Part shown: in pieces, positions 1 through 8,084 of the stretch
Layout: every line of letters begins with the position of its first letter
Position numbering within the stretch: position 1 is the first letter of the stretch
Source of the DNA: Pseudomonas sp. PDNC002
GTDB taxonomy: Bacteria; Pseudomonadota; Gammaproteobacteria; Pseudomonadales; Pseudomonadaceae
NCBI RefSeq assembly: GCF_016919445.1
Contig: NZ_CP070356.1
Location: forward strand, 3,575,502 to 3,599,501
Direction: 5' to 3'
DNA: 24,000 nucleotides
Translations under genes and position numbers: made by a program
Notes under the pieces: generated by a model
What the model saw: only the letters and a program-made list of their open reading frames with translations
Told to the model about the DNA's origin: nothing
Database searches by the model: none

Positions 1-413
1 CCGTCGATCAGCCGGCGGCGGTGCAGGCGGAAGACGGGTTCGTCCGGTGACGGCAGATTCATCCGCGCGGCCAGCCAGGCGCCGGCGCGGCGGCGTTCGG
101 CGCTCAGGCATTCGGTGAGTGGCTCGCGGCCCTGCAGGCGCACGTAGTCCATGAAGCTGACCAGCCGCGTCGGGTCGTAGTCGATGCGCGGCGGGCTGAG
201 GTACCAGCCGCGGCGGTTCTCGCGGTAGATCAGGCCCTCGGTTTCCAGCTGCTGCAGGGCCTGGCGCAGGGTCACGCGGGTGCATTCGAAGCGCTCGGCG
301 AGGTCGCGCTCGGGCGGCAGCTTCTGCCCGGCGAGGAAGCGCCCCTGGGCGATGTCCGCGGCCAACTGGTCGCGGATGCGCGCGTAGTGCGGCGGGATGG
401 CCTGGTAGAGCAT
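1..413 (-). CDS. GntR-family (HutC/UTRA-type) transcriptional regulator, partial (C-terminus runs off window start)
   Basis: This ORF is absent from the track because it is open to the window edge. The reverse complement from ATG 413-411 reads MLYQAIPPHYARIRDQLAADIAQGRFLAGQKLPPERDLAERFECTRVTLRQALQQLETEGLIYRENRRGWYLSPPRIDYDPTRLVSFMDYVRLQGREP... This is a canonical GntR winged-HTH followed by the start of a UTRA-like effector domain. The start lies 8 nt downstream of the pnuC stop on the same strand. Confidence 0.8.
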   Translation of the reverse strand, partial: MLYQAIPPHYARIRDQLAADIAQGRFLAGQKLPPERDLAERFECTRVTLRQALQQLETEGLIYRENRRGWYLSPPRIDYDPTRLVSFMDYVRLQGREPLTECLSAERRRAGAWLAARMNLPSPDEPVFRLHRRRLID

Positions 414-421
414 GGCGTTTC

Positions 422-1015
422 TCAGGAGTTGCCGGCCAGTGCCGGAGCGCTGGGCGGTTCGTCATGCAGCTCGCGCTGCCAGGCCAGCAGGCCGTAGATC
501 GCCAGCACCACGAAGCCGGCGTAGAGCCCGGCGGTGAGGTACAGCGCCTTGTAGAGGAAGACCCCGGTGTAGAGCACGTCGAGGATGATCCACAGCCACC
601 AGCTGGCGACGTATTTGCGCGCCGCCCAGAAGCTCGCCACCAGGCTGAAGGCGGTCAGCGCGGCGTCCATCCAGGGCAGGGCGGCGTCGGTGTGGGTGTG
701 CATCGCCCAGCCCAGGGCGAAGGCGCCCACGGCACCGGCCAGGCAGCTGGTGATAGCGGTGGAGAGGGGCAGGCGTTCGACGCGCACCTTGCCGTGGTCG
801 CTGCCACCCTTGCTCCATTGCCACCAGCCGTAGAACTGCAGGACCACGAAGACCAGTTGCAGGAGCATGTCGGAGTAGAGCTTCACGCTGAAGAAGATCC
901 ACGCGTAGAGCAGCACCGCCACCACGTTCACCGGCCAGCACCAGCGGATGCGCCGGGCGGTGAGCCAGACGCCGAGCACGTTGACGATCACCGCGATGAT
1001 TTCCAGAGCAGACAT
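422..1015 (-). CDS. pnuC: PnuC-family nicotinamide riboside (or related vitamin/nucleoside) transporter
   Basis: The 197-aa protein is polytopic and hydrophobic. It has a PnuC-like Trp-rich motif (LQLVFVVLQFYGWWQWSKGG) and a second half-repeat (SFWAARKYVASWWLWIILDVLY). ATG start at 1015, with GAGG RBS upstream. It begins 11 nt after the TBDR stop. Confidence 0.82.
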   Translation of the reverse strand: MSALEIIAVIVNVLGVWLTARRIRWCWPVNVVAVLLYAWIFFSVKLYSDMLLQLVFVVLQFYGWWQWSKGGSDHGKVRVERLPLSTAITSCLAGAVGAFALGWAMHTHTDAALPWMDAALTAFSLVASFWAARKYVASWWLWIILDVLYTGVFLYKALYLTAGLYAGFVVLAIYGLLAWQRELHDEPPSAPALAGNS

Positions 1016-1026
1016 TCGCGCTTACC

Positions 1027-3198
1027 TCAGAAGTTGACGCTCGCCGTCAGGCGAGCCGTACGCGGCGCACCCTGGAACAGGTAGCCGTCGCCAAAATATT
1101 CACCGACATCGCGCCAGTAGCGCTTGTCGAACAGGTTGTCGACGCTCAGCCGCAGCACGGTCGGGTAGTCGCCGATGCGTGTGCTGAAGCGTGCGCCGGC
1201 GTCATACACGGTGTAGCCGCCGGCCTCTACTGCGCCATCGCGGTCGGCATACTTGGCGCCGCTGTAGCGTGCCGCGCCCAGCAGCGAAAGCCCCGGCACT
1301 TCGGCCAGCGCGTAGTCCGCCTGCAGGCTTGCGCGCAGGCGCGGGACGTTGATCGCCTGGTGGCCTTCGTAGTCGTCCGTGCCGCTGTTCACCACCCGCG
1401 AACGGATCGCCGCGAGGCTGCCGCTCAATTGCAGCGTGGAGGTTACCCGGCCACTGGCGGACAACTCCAGCCCGCTGTTCTTCTGCTGGCCCTGCTGCAC
1501 GTAGGTGAAGGTACCGTCGCCGTTGGGCCGGGCGAACTGGTAGGCCTGGTGGATCTGGAACAGCGCGGCGCTCCAGTCGAAGCCGGCCAGCTCCTGCTTG
1601 ATGCCGAACTCGACCTGGCGTGAGGAGGTAGGCGCCAGGGTGTCGCCGGCGTTGCTGGCGAACCACGGAGCCTCGCCGCCCAGGGACAGGCCCTTGCTGT
1701 AGCTGCCGTAGATCGAGATGTCCGCACGCGGCTTGAAGATCACCGCGCCGTTGGGCAGGAATTCCGCGCGGCGGGTATGCCGGGTGGTGTCGCCGTCGCT
1801 GTCGAAGGTGCGCTCGTCCAGGCGCACCTGGCGTCCGCCCAGCACGACCTGCCATTGCTCATTGAAGGAGATGCGGTCGCTGGCGAACAGGCCGTACTGG
1901 CGGCTGTCGAGGTGGCGATAGCTGTGGCCGGGCTCGCCGTCGAAGGGCTCCACGGCGCCGATGCCGGTGTAGATGTTGCCGGTGCCGACCCACTCGTTGA
2001 GCTCCGGGCGGCTGTCCAGTACACGGCGGAAGGCCGAGGTGCCGATAGTCAGCTCGTGGCGCAGCCAGCCGGTGGCGAACTGGCCGTGCAGGGCGGCTTC
2101 CAGTTCGTCGTTGCGGCGAGTGTCGTCGGGGCTGCGGAAGTCGTAGAGGTCGTAGTCGCCTTCCGGGCTGAAGTAGTTGGGCACCGCCGAGTCGGCGCAA
2201 CTCGCCGCACCATAGCAGCCCCAGGGGAAGGCGCTGTAGTCGTCGATCACCACGCGGCTGCGCGAGGCGCTGAGCGTGCCTGTCCAGGCGTCGTTGAAGC
2301 GGTATTCGAAGCGCGTGTTGAGGTTGAGCGATTCGATGCGTACCGGGTCGGCCCAGCTCTGGTAGCCGATACGGTCGTGCGGGTCGATGTCGTGGGGCAG
2401 CTGCGTACCGCCGAGCAACTGGTAGCCCGGAGCGGAGGGTTGGCGGCGGTTCTGGTACTCGGCGTCGAATTGCCAGAGCGCGTTGGGTGAGAGGTTCCAG
2501 TCCAGTGCCAGGGAGGCGAAGTCGCGTTGGCCGTCGGTGTGGTCGATGTAGGAGCGCAGGTCGTCGTGGGCGAGGTTCACCCGAACGCCGACGGTCTGCT
2601 CGCTGTCCAGCCAGGCACCGACGTCGGTGGCGACATAGCGGCCGCCTTCATCGTCGGTACCGAGGGTCACCGAGCGCACGTCCTGCGGGCGCTTGGTGAC
2701 GTAGTTGATCACGCCGCCCGGCTCGGACACGCCGCTCTGCAGGCCGGACAGGCCCTTTAGCACCTCGACCTGTTCCTTGTTCTCCAGCGCCACGTTCTGC
2801 TCGCCGGTGATGGTGCGGCCGTTGATCTTGTAGCTGCTGGCGGAGTTGAGCGAATAGCCGCGGATCTCGAAGTTCTCGTAGTAGCCCACCGGTGCGTAGG
2901 CCTCGCCGGTGGAGGCGTCGTTCTTCAGCACGTCGCTGAGCAGGCGCGCCTGCTGGTCCTTGAGCAGCGCCTGGTTGAATACCAAGATGGAGGCGGGCGT
3001 ATCGAGCAGCGGGGCTTCGCCGAAGCCACCGACCGAAGCGCGGCCGCTGGCGTAGCTCTCGGTGTCGTGGCCGATCACCGTCACGGTGTCCAGGGTTGCT
3101 GCGTCTTCGGCGTGGCCGGGGCCGCTGGCCAGCAGTACGGCCAGGGTCAGCAGGCTGAGGGGAAATCGCGTGCGCGCGGGGCGCGGCAGGTACTGCAT
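1027..3198 (-). CDS. TonB-dependent outer-membrane receptor (siderophore-receptor-like subfamily)
   Basis: 723 aa. Signal peptide: LLTLAVLLASGPGHA/EDA. Plug-domain motifs: DTVTVIG and VEVLKGLSGLQSGVSEPGGVINYVTKRP. The long beta-barrel ends in the typical terminal aromatic (LTASVNF). AGGAG RBS before ATG 3198. I saw no Fur-box-like sequence upstream. Confidence 0.92.
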   Translation of the reverse strand: MQYLPRPARTRFPLSLLTLAVLLASGPGHAEDAATLDTVTVIGHDTESYASGRASVGGFGEAPLLDTPASILVFNQALLKDQQARLLSDVLKNDASTGEAYAPVGYYENFEIRGYSLNSASSYKINGRTITGEQNVALENKEQVEVLKGLSGLQSGVSEPGGVINYVTKRPQDVRSVTLGTDDEGGRYVATDVGAWLDSEQTVGVRVNLAHDDLRSYIDHTDGQRDFASLALDWNLSPNALWQFDAEYQNRRQPSAPGYQLLGGTQLPHDIDPHDRIGYQSWADPVRIESLNLNTRFEYRFNDAWTGTLSASRSRVVIDDYSAFPWGCYGAASCADSAVPNYFSPEGDYDLYDFRSPDDTRRNDELEAALHGQFATGWLRHELTIGTSAFRRVLDSRPELNEWVGTGNIYTGIGAVEPFDGEPGHSYRHLDSRQYGLFASDRISFNEQWQVVLGGRQVRLDERTFDSDGDTTRHTRRAEFLPNGAVIFKPRADISIYGSYSKGLSLGGEAPWFASNAGDTLAPTSSRQVEFGIKQELAGFDWSAALFQIHQAYQFARPNGDGTFTYVQQGQQKNSGLELSASGRVTSTLQLSGSLAAIRSRVVNSGTDDYEGHQAINVPRLRASLQADYALAEVPGLSLLGAARYSGAKYADRDGAVEAGGYTVYDAGARFSTRIGDYPTVLRLSVDNLFDKRYWRDVGEYFGDGYLFQGAPRTARLTASVNF

Positions 3199-3310
3199 GG
3201 AACGCTCCTGAAAATCGCCGGGGCGTGCGCCGGGAATGCACGGGGCTGAGCCCCTCCCGCGCGAAACGGATGGCCTTGGATGTGAAACGTGATTGCCCGT
3301 GGGCGGGCTG

Positions 3311-4186
3311 TCAGGCCGGAGCTGCTCCGGTGGTCAATGGCAGGGAGGGCTCGGCGGCCCACTCCTGCAGCGAGCCGTCGTAGATCGCGACTCGGGTTTC
3401 CCCGGCCAGCGTCAGGGCCAGCGCGAGGGCAGCGGCGGAGATACCGCCACCGCAGTACAGCAATAGCGGCGGCTCGGCCTGTCTTAGCCCGCTGAGGGCT
3501 TCGCTCAGTGCCGCGCCGCGCCGGTAGCGGCCGTCGTCGTCGAACAGGCTGCGCGCCGGTAGGTTGCTGCTGCCGGGAATGTGCCCACGGCGGGCGTAAC
3601 GGGTGACGGCGCTGCCGTCGAAGAGGGCGGCGGACAAGGCGCAGACCAGTGTGCCCGGTGCTTCTCCCGCGACGACTTTCCCCACGCCGTGGCGGTCGAT
3701 CCAGAACCCATCGAGGTAGCGCGTGGCGGCGGATAATGTTCCCGTGCGTACGCTGGGTTCATCGCCTTTCTCCAGCGCTAGGCCAGCCGCAATCCAGGCG
3801 CGCAATCCGCCATCGAGGACCGCTGCCGCGATGCCGAGGCTGCGCAGCATCCACCACAGGCGTGCGGCCCAGAAGCCGTCACTGCGGTCGTAGATCACGA
3901 TCAGCGAGTCGTCGTGGACGCCCAGTCGTTGCAGGGAATCCAGGGCCGATCGGGCATCCGGCAGGGCGAAGCTGAAAGACGCCTGCGGATCGACCAGCTC
4001 GCCCAGCAGATCCGCGTGGCGAGCGCCGCGAATGTGCCCGGCGAGCCAGCCGGCCTTGCCGGATTCGACGCGATAGTCGCCATCGAATTCAGGCGCCGCC
4101 AGTTCCACGCTGGCATCCAGCAGGCACAGGCGCGGGTCGTCCAGCGCGGTGGCCAGCCAGCCTACGGTGACCAGGGGTTCGCGCAT
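3311..4186 (-). CDS. Tandem-rhodanese sulfurtransferase (thiosulfate/3-mercaptopyruvate sulfurtransferase-like)
   Basis: 291 aa. The N-terminal VTVGWL...LLDAS motif and the C-terminal active-site loop LLLYCGGGISAA are typical of two-domain rhodaneses. The ATG at 4186 lies 1 nt after the stop of the upstream kinase gene. Confidence 0.8.
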   Translation of the reverse strand: MREPLVTVGWLATALDDPRLCLLDASVELAAPEFDGDYRVESGKAGWLAGHIRGARHADLLGELVDPQASFSFALPDARSALDSLQRLGVHDDSLIVIYDRSDGFWAARLWWMLRSLGIAAAVLDGGLRAWIAAGLALEKGDEPSVRTGTLSAATRYLDGFWIDRHGVGKVVAGEAPGTLVCALSAALFDGSAVTRYARRGHIPGSSNLPARSLFDDDGRYRRGAALSEALSGLRQAEPPLLLYCGGGISAAALALALTLAGETRVAIYDGSLQEWAAEPSLPLTTGAAPA

Positions 4187-4187
4187 C

Positions 4188-5333
4188 TCAGTTCACCTTA
4201 GCGGCCAGTTGGCGAAGGTGATTCAGCAGGCGCTGGCCTTCGGCTTCGAGGAACCAGCGGGTGTGGCCGATCAGGTAATTGTCATAGGCCAGCGAAGCGC
4301 TCTCGGCCGAGCCGAGGATGCCGTGGAAGTAGATGACCTCGGACAGCGCGAAATCCGTGTGCACCAGTGGCAGCAGCGCGGCCAGCGCGAGCAGATCGCC
4401 GCGGCGCAGAGGGCGCACGCTGGTGTAGCCCTGCAGCAGGGCGTCCAGCGCATCGAGGTCGGCGACGGCGGCGCGTCCCTGGTCCAGCTCCAGCCAGGGC
4501 ACCAGATTGCGCTCGATGGCGGTGGCCAGGTCGAAGAGGGCGAAGGTGCGATCGCTCAGTCCGAAGTCCAGCACAGAGACCACCTGCGCCTGCGGGCCAT
4601 CCTCGCTCCACAGCAGGTTCGAGGCGTGCCAGTCGTTGTGGGTCCAGAGTGCCGGCTGACGTTGCAGGTAGGGCAGCAGCTCCCGTTGCAGCGGCAGGTG
4701 CAGTTCGCTGAGCGTTTCCTTCCAGGGGCGTGCTTGCAGGTACTCCGCCAGGGCGGGTGCTTGGTCAAATGTCGCTTCGATGGCGGCCAGCGGGTCCTGC
4801 GCGCCGAACAAGTCGAGGTTGCTGACCAGTACGCCGGCGCTGCGCGAAGGCGCGGCGAAACCTTCGGCGGCACGGTGCAGTTTCGCCAATGCAGCGCCAG
4901 CGGCGAAGGCGTGGGCGTTGTGCTGGAAGGGCGTCCAGGACAGCGCATCGCGGTACAGGTCCAGCCCTTCCGCCTTCTGGTGAACTTCGTAGGTCCAGCC
5001 GCCCAGTTCGATAGCGCTGCGGCCGTATCGATCCCGCAGTACCTGCGCGACCGGCGCACCATGTCGGGCCAGGTGATCGAGGAAGGCGTGTTCTTCCGCC
5101 AGCCAGTCAGCCGTGCGCACGCTGGGGTGATGGCGCTTGACGAACAGCGGGCCGCTGGCGGTTTCCACCAGCGCGGCGGCGGAGAAGGGCCGCGGGCTGT
5201 GCCAGGCCAGGCGCGCCTCGTCGCCGGCCTGCGGGAAGTCTTTCAACAGCTCGGCGACCTCCGCTTCGGTCAGCGCTGGCCAGTCGGCCTCCACCGGCTC
5301 CAGGCCCATGCCGTGGCTCAGGCGTTTTGTCAT
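4188..5333 (-). CDS. APH/choline-kinase-fold phosphotransferase (homoserine-kinase-type-II / thiamine-kinase-like family)
   Basis: 381 aa. Brenner-type catalytic motif LWTHNDWHASNLLW followed by VLDFGLSD (the DFG-like metal-binding Asp). ATGA start/stop overlap with the upstream THI5-like gene (5330-5333). Confidence 0.8.
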   Translation of the reverse strand: MTKRLSHGMGLEPVEADWPALTEAEVAELLKDFPQAGDEARLAWHSPRPFSAAALVETASGPLFVKRHHPSVRTADWLAEEHAFLDHLARHGAPVAQVLRDRYGRSAIELGGWTYEVHQKAEGLDLYRDALSWTPFQHNAHAFAAGAALAKLHRAAEGFAAPSRSAGVLVSNLDLFGAQDPLAAIEATFDQAPALAEYLQARPWKETLSELHLPLQRELLPYLQRQPALWTHNDWHASNLLWSEDGPQAQVVSVLDFGLSDRTFALFDLATAIERNLVPWLELDQGRAAVADLDALDALLQGYTSVRPLRRGDLLALAALLPLVHTDFALSEVIYFHGILGSAESASLAYDNYLIGHTRWFLEAEGQRLLNHLRQLAAKVN

Positions 5334-6250
5334 GCTGGATTCTCCACTTGCCAGGCATTGCTGGTGGCGCCGCGCCAGATGTCCGGGGCGCGCAGCACAC
5401 CATGTTCATGCAGCCACTGGGCATAGGGCTGCAACAGTTCTTCGCGCTGTTCGCCCCAGCGGCCGTCGTGCAGCCAGCTGGGCGCGATGCGCCGCAGCGA
5501 TTCTGCCAGCATCTCGTGGGGAAAGTAGGGAATGGTGCGTTCATAGACCGGCAGTGCGGCTTCCGGATCGGCTGCCGCCGCGAGGAACCCCTGCGCGGTG
5601 ACGGCGAGGAAGCGCCGGGCGATCTCGGTGTTGGCGTCGAGCCAGTCTTCGCGGGCACCCAGCAGATAGCTGTGGTAGGGCGGCGCGCCGATCTCGTCCA
5701 CCGGCAGCACCACGCGCCGTTCGTTGGGGATCGAGCTGGGCAGCAGCGCTTCCCAGGCCCAGTAGCCGCCGAAGCTGGCGTCGGCCAGGCCGGCGGCCAG
5801 GTCTTCGGGGCGCAGCTCGCGGAAGCCGGCATCCACCAGTTCCACCGCATCGGGATCGCCGCCATCCTGGCTCACCAGATGCCGCACCATGGCCAGGCCG
5901 CGCGGGGTCGGGTTGAGCGCCAGGCGCTTGCCCTGCAGGTCGCGGGGCCGGCGGATGCCGCTGTCGGTGAGGGTCTGGATCGATTCCAGGCCGCGATGGT
6001 TGATGGCGGCCACGCCGATCAGCGGCTGGCCCAGTTCTCGGCGTACCAGCAGGCGGTTGCTGGGGAACACGCCGAAGGCAGCGTCGCCGCGCAGCAGGTG
6101 CTCCAGAGTGTCGCCGTGGTAGGGGTCGTGCACCACCAGTTCGACCTCCAGCCCCGCCTCGCGGTACCAGCCGCGTTCACGGGCGAGGTAGAAACCGGCC
6201 GAATTGGGCCAGGGGTGGAAGTATTCGAGCATGACCCTCAGGGCGAACAT
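5330..6250 (-). CDS. NMT1/THI5-like (periplasmic-binding-protein fold) protein without signal peptide
   Basis: The ORF 5330..6265 begins with TTG. The ATG at 6250 (MFALRVMLEYFHPWPNSAGFYLA...) has a GGAG 9 nt upstream and is the preferred start. The sequence resembles cytosolic THI5/NMT1/SsuA-like proteins (GLEVELV..., LQGKRLALNPTPRG, GGYWAWE). There is no N-terminal signal sequence. Confidence 0.7.
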   Translation of the reverse strand: MFALRVMLEYFHPWPNSAGFYLARERGWYREAGLEVELVVHDPYHGDTLEHLLRGDAAFGVFPSNRLLVRRELGQPLIGVAAINHRGLESIQTLTDSGIRRPRDLQGKRLALNPTPRGLAMVRHLVSQDGGDPDAVELVDAGFRELRPEDLAAGLADASFGGYWAWEALLPSSIPNERRVVLPVDEIGAPPYHSYLLGAREDWLDANTEIARRFLAVTAQGFLAAAADPEAALPVYERTIPYFPHEMLAESLRRIAPSWLHDGRWGEQREELLQPYAQWLHEHGVLRAPDIWRGATSNAWQVENPA

Positions 6251-6314
6251 GAAACCTATCTCCAAAACGGCCGGCGGCCGATGACTGCGATGGGGCGTAT
6301 TCCACGGGAGAATA

Positions 6315-6330
6315 ATTGGTATATACCAAT
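6315..6330. promoter_or_regulatory. Perfect 16-bp palindrome ATTGGTATATACCAAT; candidate HutC/GntR operator
   Basis: The palindrome was read directly from the sequence. Its core GTATATAC fits the HutC-subfamily GT-N-TA-N-AC operator consensus. It sits in the AT-rich 276-bp divergent intergenic region between the THI5-like gene (minus) and mtnB (plus), next to TATAAT/TATAAA-like hexamers. Confidence 0.5.
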
Positions 6331-6541
6331 ATGATTTTCACTGGTTTTTATAATCTGAAGGCATAAAAAATTCCGGCGGCAGGGTGACACGAGGCGCACA
6401 TGATGCAAGCCCGGAATCTGGATGAATCGCTCTGGCTCGGGGTGCGGCGGGTTATGACCTCATGCGATTAAGGTATTTAGGGCTGCGACCGGCCGTGGAT
6501 AGAGTGGCGATCCTTTCCGACCTCAACCTCCGTGGTTATCC

Positions 6542-7168
6542 ATGACCGACATTCGCCAACAACTCACCCAACAGATCATCGAGGCCGGGCGCTTCCTTTA
6601 CAGCCGCGGCTGGTCGCCGGCCACCAGCAGCAATTACTCGACGCGCCTGGCGGCCGATCGTGCGCTGCTCACCGTGTCCGGCAAGCACAAGGGCCAGCTT
6701 GGCATCGACGATGTGCTGGAAACGGACCTCGCCGGCAATAGCCTGGAGCCGGGCAAGAAACCCTCGGCGGAAACCCTGCTGCATACCCAGTTGTACGCCT
6801 GGCGCCCGGAGATCGGCGCGGTGCTGCATACCCATTCGGTGAATGCCACGGTGCTCTCGCGCCTGACCGTTGGCGACCGGCTGGAGCTGGAAGACTACGA
6901 ACTGCAGAAGGCTTTTTCCGGCGTCACCACCCACGAAGGCCGCGTCACCGTGCCGATCTTCGACAATGACCAGGACATCGCCCGCCTGGCGGCCAAGGTG
7001 CAGCCTTGGCTGGACGCCCACCCGGACTGCCCCGGTTACCTGATTCGTGGCCACGGCCTGTACACCTGGGGCGCGCGGATGAGTGATGCGCTGCGCCAGA
7101 TCGAAGCCTTCGAATTCCTCTTCGAATGCGAGCTGAAAGTCCTGAGCCTTCACGGTGGTGTGCGCTGA
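6542..7168 (+). CDS. mtnB: Methylthioribulose-1-phosphate dehydratase (class II aldolase/adducin fold, methionine salvage)
   Basis: 208 aa. The N-terminus QLTQQIIEAGRFLYSRGWSPATSSNYSTRL...LLTVSGKHKGQLG...SAETLLHTQLY...AVLHTHS closely matches my recollection of Pseudomonas MtnB, including the His metal ligands. Confidence 0.88.
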   Translation: MTDIRQQLTQQIIEAGRFLYSRGWSPATSSNYSTRLAADRALLTVSGKHKGQLGIDDVLETDLAGNSLEPGKKPSAETLLHTQLYAWRPEIGAVLHTHSVNATVLSRLTVGDRLELEDYELQKAFSGVTTHEGRVTVPIFDNDQDIARLAAKVQPWLDAHPDCPGYLIRGHGLYTWGARMSDALRQIEAFEFLFECELKVLSLHGGVR

Positions 7169-7336
7169 GCGAGGGACTTGGCGGATCGGCTTCCTGCTGT
7201 TCGGCGCGTTGTCCATGCGCGGCGATGCACCGCCGCCCTCAGGTGGCCGGGATGTTTGCCTGTAGCGCCGTCAGGTAGGCGCGCGAGCTCCCTGCGCGGC
7301 GACTCGCTGGAACGCGCCCGCTCCCGAGTGGACCGA

Positions 7337-7990
7337 TTACCGAATCCCCAGCCCCGCCAGCAGGACGTCCAGGCCCAGTTCGAAGGTCCGGTCGAAGTGC
7401 TCCGGCTGGAAGTATTCGCCCGCGCGGGACACCAGGGGGAAGTCTTCCGCGAGTTCTTCATCGGTGATGGGGCTGAGCGACGAGGTGCCCTCGGCGTAGC
7501 CATTGATCTCGTCCAGCGTGGCGCCCAGCACGTAGTAGCCGAGCACGCGGAAGCCTCGCGCGGCCGCCTCGTCGTCCAGACCGGCCGCCACGAAGCAATC
7601 GAGGATCTCGCCGAGGAACGCCACCCCGGTCCGTGAGTTCCAGCGATGCAGTGCCAGCCAGGTGTACAGGCGCGCGTGTTGCCGCGCCAGTTGCCGCCAT
7701 TGGGCGACCAGTTCCCTGAGGCGAGCGCCCGCTGTTTCGTCGCGGGAGGGGAACTGCACGGTGGAGAGCACCCGGTCCACCAGCGCGTCGAGGATGTGGG
7801 CCTTGCTCGGGAAGTAGTTGTAGATGCTCATCGCCTCGCATCCCAGGGCCGTGCCCAGGCGGCGCGTGCTGAAGCCTTCCAGGCCCTCCTGCTCGATGAG
7901 GCGTAGCGCCTCGGTCTCGATGCGCTCGTGTGTCAGGGGTTCGCGAGCGGGTGACTGCGACTCCTCGGTGATTGGCTTCTTGCGTGGCAC
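7337..7990 (-). CDS. TetR/AcrR-family transcriptional regulator
   Basis: N-terminal TetR HTH: IETEALRLIEQEGLEGFSTRRLGTALGCEAMSIYNYFPSKAHILDAL. The track ORF start (8029) is a TTG lying next to the operator. The GTG at 7990 has a GAGGGG RBS 6 nt upstream and is the preferred start (VPRKKPITEE...). Confidence 0.85.
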   Translation of the reverse strand: MPRKKPITEESQSPAREPLTHERIETEALRLIEQEGLEGFSTRRLGTALGCEAMSIYNYFPSKAHILDALVDRVLSTVQFPSRDETAGARLRELVAQWRQLARQHARLYTWLALHRWNSRTGVAFLGEILDCFVAAGLDDEAAARGFRVLGYYVLGATLDEINGYAEGTSSLSPITDEELAEDFPLVSRAGEYFQPEHFDRTFELGLDVLLAGLGIR

Positions 7991-8039
7991 GTGGCACCCC
8001 TCGAATAAAAGACTTGCAGTGTAAATCAACTTCTGCCAG

Positions 8040-8069
8040 CTTACATCGTAAGTTTACTTACGGTGTAAG
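8040..8069. promoter_or_regulatory. Tandem palindromes CTTAC-N3-GTAAG x2 (CTTACATCGTAAGT tt ACTTACGGTGTAAG); candidate TetR operator
   Basis: Two 13-bp palindromes (8040-8052 and 8057-8069) together form a 13/14 inverted repeat. They lie in the 94-bp divergent region between the tetR-like gene and the MAPEG gene. Confidence 0.55.
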
Positions 8070-8084
8070 TATGAAGGGGGAAAG

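Noticed and set aside
3199-3310. A TPP (THI-box) or NAD-type riboswitch upstream of the TonB receptor/PnuC genes. The same was considered for 6251-6541, upstream of the THI5-like gene.
   Set aside because: I read both leaders on the minus strand and found no CUGAGA element and no ACCUGAUCUGGAUAAUGCCAGCG-like core. Only a short GGGGC-TCA-GCCCC hairpin is present. A covariance-model scan would be needed to exclude this fully.
7991-8029. The extended TetR start (TTG at 8029), and likewise the TTG start at 6265 for the THI5-like gene, the GTG at 9336 for DUF1302, the GTG at 20855 for the monooxygenase and the start at 23307 for the second TBDR.
   Set aside because: The ORF track takes the longest frame and uses alternative start codons. 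Each of these lacks an RBS or adds a non-signal-peptide extension. In each case a downstream ATG or GTG has a proper Shine-Dalgarno and gives a sensible N-terminus.
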